From: Octopus bimaculoides
Lineage: Eukaryota
NCBI RefSeq assembly: GCF_001194135.2
Contig: NC_069002.1
Coordinates: 30,710,546-30,774,545 of the forward strand
Direction of reading: 5' to 3'
DNA: 64,000 bases
Shown: positions 62,301-64,000 of the stretch, in pieces
Numbering within the stretch: position 1 is the stretch's first letter
Layout of the letters: every line of letters begins with the position of its first letter
Program-made: the position numbers and the translations under genes
Notes under the pieces: generated by a model
Told to the model about the DNA's origin: nothing
Seen by the model: only the letters and a program-made list of their open reading frames with translations
Databases searched by the model: none

Positions 62301-63466
62301 TTCTCTGTGTTTTTTTTTTTTTTTTTTTTTTAGCTTGAAAGTTTTAAGAACTTTGATTTTGACCTGTGGCGTCAACGATATCTGGGCTGGATTCAAGAAA
62401 AGAAACTTCGCATCACAGACTTCTTCAGGCGGCAGGACAAAGACTGCGATGGAGCTTTAACTCGTAAAGAATTTGTAGAAGGAATGATACAAACCAGTGA
62501 GTAATGCATTGTTTTCAAAATAATTTCAGACAGTCTCAAAACAGTTTGGCATTTTGATGGCATCAATTTGAAAAAAAAAAAGATTTGCTTCTTTAATTAA
62601 AAAAAAAAAAAAATTATTTTTGGAAAGTTCTGAAAATTTAATGCTTCCAAATTTATCACAAATCTATGTAATCTGATATAATCCAGTGTTATCTAATCTT
62701 CATTTACTTTAATGTTTGCTTGAGTTAGATGCCTCTGACCTTAGAATATTAGTCTCCATAAATCTCATTGGACCCATGGAAGCTTAGAATATTGGATGTC
62801 AAAAACAATGATAAAAAAAATGATGCCATGCACACACATTTTTATTAACATAGGCGCAGGAGTGGCTGTGTGGTAAGTAGCTTGCTTACCAACCACATGG
62901 TTCTGGGTTCTTCTACTATAGCCTCGAGCCAACCAAAGCCTTGTCAGTGGAATTGGTAGATGGAAACTGAAAGAAGCCCATCGTATATATATAAATGTAT
63001 GTGTGTGTATATGTTTGTGTGTGTGTGTGTGTCCCAATGTTGCTTGACAACCGATGCTGGTGTGTTTACGTCCCCGTAACTTAGTGGTTCAGCAAAGGAA
63101 ACCGATAGAATAAGTACTAGGCTTACACAGAATAAGTCCTGGGGTCGATTTGNNNNNNNNNNTAGAATAAGTACTAGGCTTACACAGAATAAGTCCTGGG
63201 GTCGATTTGCTTGGCTAAAGGCGGTGCTCCAGCATGGCCACAGTCAAATGACTGAAACAAGTAAAAGAATATCTAAAATCAACTCCAGAAGAATTAAACT
63301 GATCTGATCTGATGGTTTTTCAAAACGTTTCTTTTTGTTTCCTCTTTTTGCAGAATTTCCAACCAACAAAACAGAACTTAATGCTGTATTCGATATTTTC
63401 GACCCCAACCACACTGGAAAAATTGTCTACAGAAACTTTATTGCTGCCTTGAAACCAGACAGACAT
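2322..63466 (+). CDS. MACF1: Spectraplakin (MACF1/dystonin/Shot family), partial: 19 exons, 962 codons, spectrin repeats plus 2 EF-hands; start and GAR/GSR tail outside window
   Basis: 19 GT-AG exons with compatible phases (mostly 0, phase 2 after exons 10 and 16, phase 1 after exon 18) give one stop-free ORF. Peptides such as [47 protein letters not shown] and [11 protein letters not shown]...[12 protein letters not shown]...FPT match my recollection of MACF1/DST C-terminal repeats and EF region. The gene would be co-orthologous to MACF1 and DST. Confidence 0.93.
3780..3947 (+). CDS. MACF1: Exon 2: [18 protein letters not shown]...[16 protein letters not shown]
   Basis: ttctttcag| acceptor, |gtgggt donor, 168 nt, helix-C W motif. 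Confidence 0.87.
6286..6713 (+). mobile_element. 5'-truncated RTE-clade LINE 3' end with (GAT)n tail
   Basis: Begins [16 protein letters not shown] and ends ggacgttaaacgatgatgat; internally repeated gtgcgggtggcac modules; close copies at 32237-32654 (-) and 58222-58612 (+). Confidence 0.8.
7614..7769 (+). CDS. MACF1: Exon 3: [24 protein letters not shown]...[11 protein letters not shown]
   Basis: tttttcag| acceptor, |gtatgg donor, 156 nt, phase 0-0. Confidence 0.87.
9354..9548 (+). CDS. MACF1: Exon 4: [23 protein letters not shown]...[12 protein letters not shown]
   Basis: attccag| acceptor, |gtaagt donor, 195 nt; missed by the ORF track because it has no ATG. Confidence 0.87.
9826..10347 (-). 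mobile_element. 5'-truncated R4/Dong-like non-LTR retrotransposon (RLE endonuclease C-terminus)
   Basis: [22 protein letters not shown]...IDVSIP...EK.SKY.DL...IPII.GALG is a PD-(D/E)xK RLE; the ORF end is intact, a TAG lies upstream, and (TAA)n flanks both sides. Confidence 0.88.
12258..13010. repeat. Old tandem repeat of a roughly 320-bp unit (about 2.4 copies)
   Basis: Units start aaacttg(a/g)(c/t)atatc at about 12258, 12580 and 12894, with collinear diverged bodies. Confidence 0.8.
14480..14608 (+). CDS. MACF1: Exon 5: [43 protein letters not shown]
   Basis: tgtttaaag| acceptor, |gtaagt donor, 129 nt; the GALPETA..QL motif is typical of spectraplakin repeats. Confidence 0.9.
15222..15470 (+). 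mobile_element. Older CORE-like tRNA SINE
   Basis: tggcttagtggttagg head and gtgttcttgagcaaaacacttcatttcacattg core; related copies near 11395-11560 and 34052-34230. Confidence 0.6.
15998..16168 (+). CDS. MACF1: Exon 6: [28 protein letters not shown]...[16 protein letters not shown]
   Basis: ttttcttttag| acceptor, |gtaagt donor, 171 nt. Confidence 0.9.
17718..17873 (+). CDS. MACF1: Exon 7: [52 protein letters not shown]
   Basis: cttttattccag| acceptor, |gtaagt donor, 156 nt. Confidence 0.92.
18588..18813. mobile_element. Second piggyBac-like MITE family (TTAA|C(C/T)CTTTAGCATT...)
   Basis: TTAA-flanked; related copies at 14701-14922, about 350-790 (tandem/nested) and about 29625-29850. Confidence 0.72.
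18908..19114 (+). CDS. MACF1: Exon 8: [46 protein letters not shown]...EDRR
   Basis: tttgcag| acceptor, |gtaagt donor, 207 nt; KQD...IKNLLV resembles the MACF1 segment KQDVVLIKNLLVSVQSRW. Confidence 0.93.
19721..19907. mobile_element. hAT-like non-autonomous element inserted in an RTE 3' UTR copy
   Basis: Starts cagggctgtggagttggagtcggagtcgg; 8-bp flanks ccaacata/ccaacatg; right TIR mostly lost. Confidence 0.55.
20330..20575 (-). mobile_element. Decayed RTE/RTE-X LINE ORF2 3' fragment
   Basis: [31 protein letters not shown], frameshift, then [16 protein letters not shown]. Confidence 0.75.
20623..20967 (+). mobile_element. Solo-LTR-like, CpG-rich element
   Basis: Starts TGTAGTGG, has AATAAA at 20894-20899 and a T/G-rich 3' part; the end reads ataaga rather than CA and the TSD is imperfect (actat/actgg). 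Confidence 0.45.
21138..21275 (+). CDS. MACF1: Exon 9: [46 protein letters not shown]
   Basis: tttcttatag| acceptor, |gtgagt donor, 138 nt. Confidence 0.9.
24186..24530. mobile_element. Fold-back MITE: 142-bp inverted arms, 61-nt spacer, in (TA)n
   Basis: 24186-24327 is the reverse complement of 24389-24530 with about 5 mismatches. Confidence 0.88.
25969..26600. repeat. 33-bp minisatellite, about 17 units, with alternating A/B (66-bp) structure at the 5' end
   Basis: Units cagtcagtatcactctttactcaatgtttttgt and cagtcattatcactcttcaccgaatgtgtttgt. Confidence 0.95.
27820..28620. repeat. Compound microsatellite field: (TTA)n, (CA)n, (TA)n, (TACA)n
   Basis: Read directly; similar tracts at 1540-1770, 3600-3700, 5940-6055, 42497-42570 and 47053-47146. 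Confidence 0.95.
30725..30945 (+). mobile_element. SINE family B, representative copy (about 20 copies in window, usually next to (TTA)n)
   Basis: tRNA-like head ggcgagctggcagaatc...gagttcaaattc plus core gactttgcctttcatcctttcggggt(c/t)gataaa, which resembles the MetaSINE core from memory. Other copies near 9583, 10378, 10836, 26842 (+) and 45490, 57000, 61290, 63620 (-). Confidence 0.85.
31875..32047 (+). CDS. MACF1: Exon 10: [27 protein letters not shown]...[13 protein letters not shown] (ends phase 2)
   Basis: tttcttcag| acceptor, AG|gtaaga donor, 173 nt. Confidence 0.92.
32237..32654 (-). mobile_element. RTE-type LINE 3' end, antisense copy
   Basis: Reverse complement of 6286-6713 with (CAT)n. 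Confidence 0.82.
35050..35959 (+). promoter_or_regulatory. Candidate internal promoter / 5' UTR for the short isoform
   Basis: CTATATAAA near 35104, CArG box CCAAATATGG at 35265-35274, GGGCGG near 35822, CpG-rich cgccgccgcc tract, no recognisable interspersed repeat. Confidence 0.45.
35960..36039 (+). CDS. Candidate alternative first coding exon: [26 protein letters not shown] plus AG (phase 2)
   Basis: gttATGG start context, in-frame TAA at 35924-35926 upstream, 80 nt = 26 codons + 2, AG|gtaaag donor in the same phase as exon 10; sits in a CpG-enriched, TE-poor island. No transcript evidence. Confidence 0.62.
40792..41153 (+). mobile_element. SINE family A, full length, tRNA-derived head
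   Basis: A-box/B-box-like head, CAACAACAA tail, 14-bp TSD agatgtatgtg(t/c)gt at 40778-40791 and 41154-41167. Confidence 0.9.
42372..42496. mobile_element. Tc1/mariner-type MITE, 125 bp
   Basis: Perfect 29-bp TIR cagggtgtccacaaagtctgggtacatgg; TA on the right, CA on the left. Confidence 0.85.
45897..46212. repeat. Degenerate 32-bp minisatellite (gttaacaggtgaacaataccttaataaacaca-like)
   Basis: Unit starts at 46008, 46040, 46072, 46104, 46136, 46168 and 46199. Confidence 0.8.
48086..48323. mobile_element. piggyBac-like MITE (TTAA|CCCTTTTG...CAAAAGGG|TTAA)
   Basis: TTAA at both ends and CCCTT termini; related copies at 23228-23457, 23481-23659 and about 13390-13626. Confidence 0.75.
48371..48803 (+). 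mobile_element. SINE family A, full length, nested in a MITE fragment
   Basis: TSD atgttccaagca at 48358-48369 and 48804-48815; contains an N gap. Confidence 0.88.
50122..50540 (+). mobile_element. SINE family C, representative full copy with internal (TA)n/(TG)n (about 20 copies in window)
   Basis: Head ggagtggctgtgtggtaag...ggttcagtccc, 3' end cagtcaaatgac(t/c)gaaacaagtaaaa. Other copies near 43410, 43740, 44643, 56430, 57345, 62853 (+) and 18080, 22230, 29040, 39310, 39720 (-). Confidence 0.87.
52445..52604 (+). CDS. MACF1: Exon 11: (S)[32 protein letters not shown]...[11 protein letters not shown]
   Basis: catttttag| acceptor, starts phase 2, |gtttgt donor, 160 nt. Confidence 0.93.
52861..53080 (+). 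mobile_element. RTE LINE ORF2 C-terminal remnant plus 3' UTR
   Basis: Translates [43 protein letters not shown], resembling the RTE C-terminal RGRP.K.W motif; links the (GAT)n-tailed family to RTE. Confidence 0.75.
53420..53581 (+). CDS. MACF1: Exon 12: [54 protein letters not shown]
   Basis: tatttccag| acceptor, |gtaaat donor, 162 nt. Confidence 0.92.
54772..55185 (+). mobile_element. RTE-clade LINE 5' fragment: AP-endonuclease N-terminus
   Basis: AWNVRTM...[11 protein letters not shown]...RGVALML...[13 protein letters not shown]...MCYAPTND are APE motifs; no RT domain follows. Confidence 0.88.
55500..55625 (+). CDS. MACF1: Exon 13: [42 protein letters not shown]
   Basis: ctctttcag| acceptor, |gtaagt donor, 126 nt; L.FR.LPDD motif. 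Confidence 0.92.
56135..56278 (+). CDS. MACF1: Exon 14: [48 protein letters not shown]
   Basis: tttttcag| acceptor, |gtaagt donor, 144 nt; IL..CHP motif. Confidence 0.93.
57795..57983 (+). CDS. MACF1: Exon 15: [33 protein letters not shown]...[17 protein letters not shown]
   Basis: attgcag| acceptor, |gtaagt donor, 189 nt. Confidence 0.94.
58222..58612 (+). mobile_element. RTE-type LINE 3' end
   Basis: Same 3' UTR and (GAT)n tail as 6286-6713. Confidence 0.8.
59261..59361 (+). CDS. MACF1: Exon 16: [33 protein letters not shown] (ends phase 2)
   Basis: tctgttgcag| acceptor, AG|gtaaat donor, 101 nt. Confidence 0.88.
59640..59772 (+). CDS. MACF1: Exon 17: (S)[44 protein letters not shown] (alternative in-frame start at 59604)
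   Basis: tgtgtttag| acceptor, |gtgagt donor, 133 nt; NPR...W..VW...R.KL.DAL motif. Confidence 0.88.
62334..62496 (+). CDS. MACF1: Exon 18: [54 protein letters not shown] (EF-hand 1, ends phase 1)
   Basis: poly-T tag| acceptor, |gtgagt donor, 163 nt; canonical EF loop at 62436-62471. Confidence 0.95.
63354..63466 (+). CDS. MACF1: Exon 19: (K)[37 protein letters not shown] (EF-hand 2)
   Basis: ctttttgcag| acceptor, starts phase 1, |gtaaga donor, 113 nt. Confidence 0.94.
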
Positions 63467-64000
63467 GTAAGAAACACATTTTGCATTTTCCGTTTTCTTG
63501 TGTTTTCCTTCTCACACCTAGATTTAAGGATTATATCTTCCTAAACTAACACCTGCATTGTTACCTCAGAATGTAATGACAAACAAAATGCCAATAATAA
63601 TAATAATAATAATCCTTTCTTCTAAAGGCACAAGGCTTGAAATTTTGGGGTGAGGGGGTAAGTCAATTACATCGATCCCAGTGTTTCACTGGTACTTAAT
63701 TTATCGACCCTGAAAGGACGAAAGGCTAAGTCGACTTCAGCAGAATTTCAACTCAGAATGTAAAGACAGACCAAATACCGCTAAGCATTTTGCCTGGCAT
63801 GCAAACGATTCTGCCAGCTCGCTGCCTTAATAACAATAGCAACAACAACAATTCTTTCTACTAAAAACTAAAGGCCTGAAACTTTGGGGTGGAGGCTAGT
63901 CAGTTACACACCAACCCCAGTGCTCAACTGGTATTGACCCTGGAAAATGAAAGGCAATGTTGACCTTCAGTGAGATTTGAAATCAGAATGTAAAGAATAA

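Noticed and set aside
2322-63466. Dystrophin/utrophin, alpha-spectrin or alpha-actinin identity
   Set aside because: No WW domain precedes the EF-hands, and the [11 protein letters not shown] and NFDFD.WR..Y motifs match spectraplakins.

Overview
This is an AT-rich, repeat-dense eukaryotic window, probably from an octopus/coleoid cephalopod (inferred from recalled repeat families, not verified). The whole window lies inside the 3' half of one + strand gene. I assembled 19 GT-AG coding exons (2322-63466, 2886 nt, 962 codons) that splice in frame with no stop. They encode consecutive spectrin repeats followed by two EF-hands, matching the C-terminal rod and EF region of spectraplakins (MACF1/dystonin/Shot). 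The gene start and the expected GAR/GSR tail lie outside the window. The main discovery is a candidate alternative first exon (ATG at 35960, donor at 36040) in a CpG-enriched, TE-poor island inside the 20 kb intron 10. It ends in the same phase 2 as exon 10, so it would splice in frame to exon 11 and give a short C-terminal spectraplakin isoform with a unique 26-aa acidic/aromatic N-terminus. Other notable points: a degenerate second EF-hand, two in-frame acceptors at exon 17, an LTR-like element with YY1/NRF1/ETS motifs just upstream of exon 9, many intronic fold-back elements, RTE and R4/Dong LINE fragments, an orientation switch of two SINE families across the candidate promoter region, and several assembly artefacts at N gaps. 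Exon numbers are window-relative, and all family assignments come from reading and recall rather than database searches.
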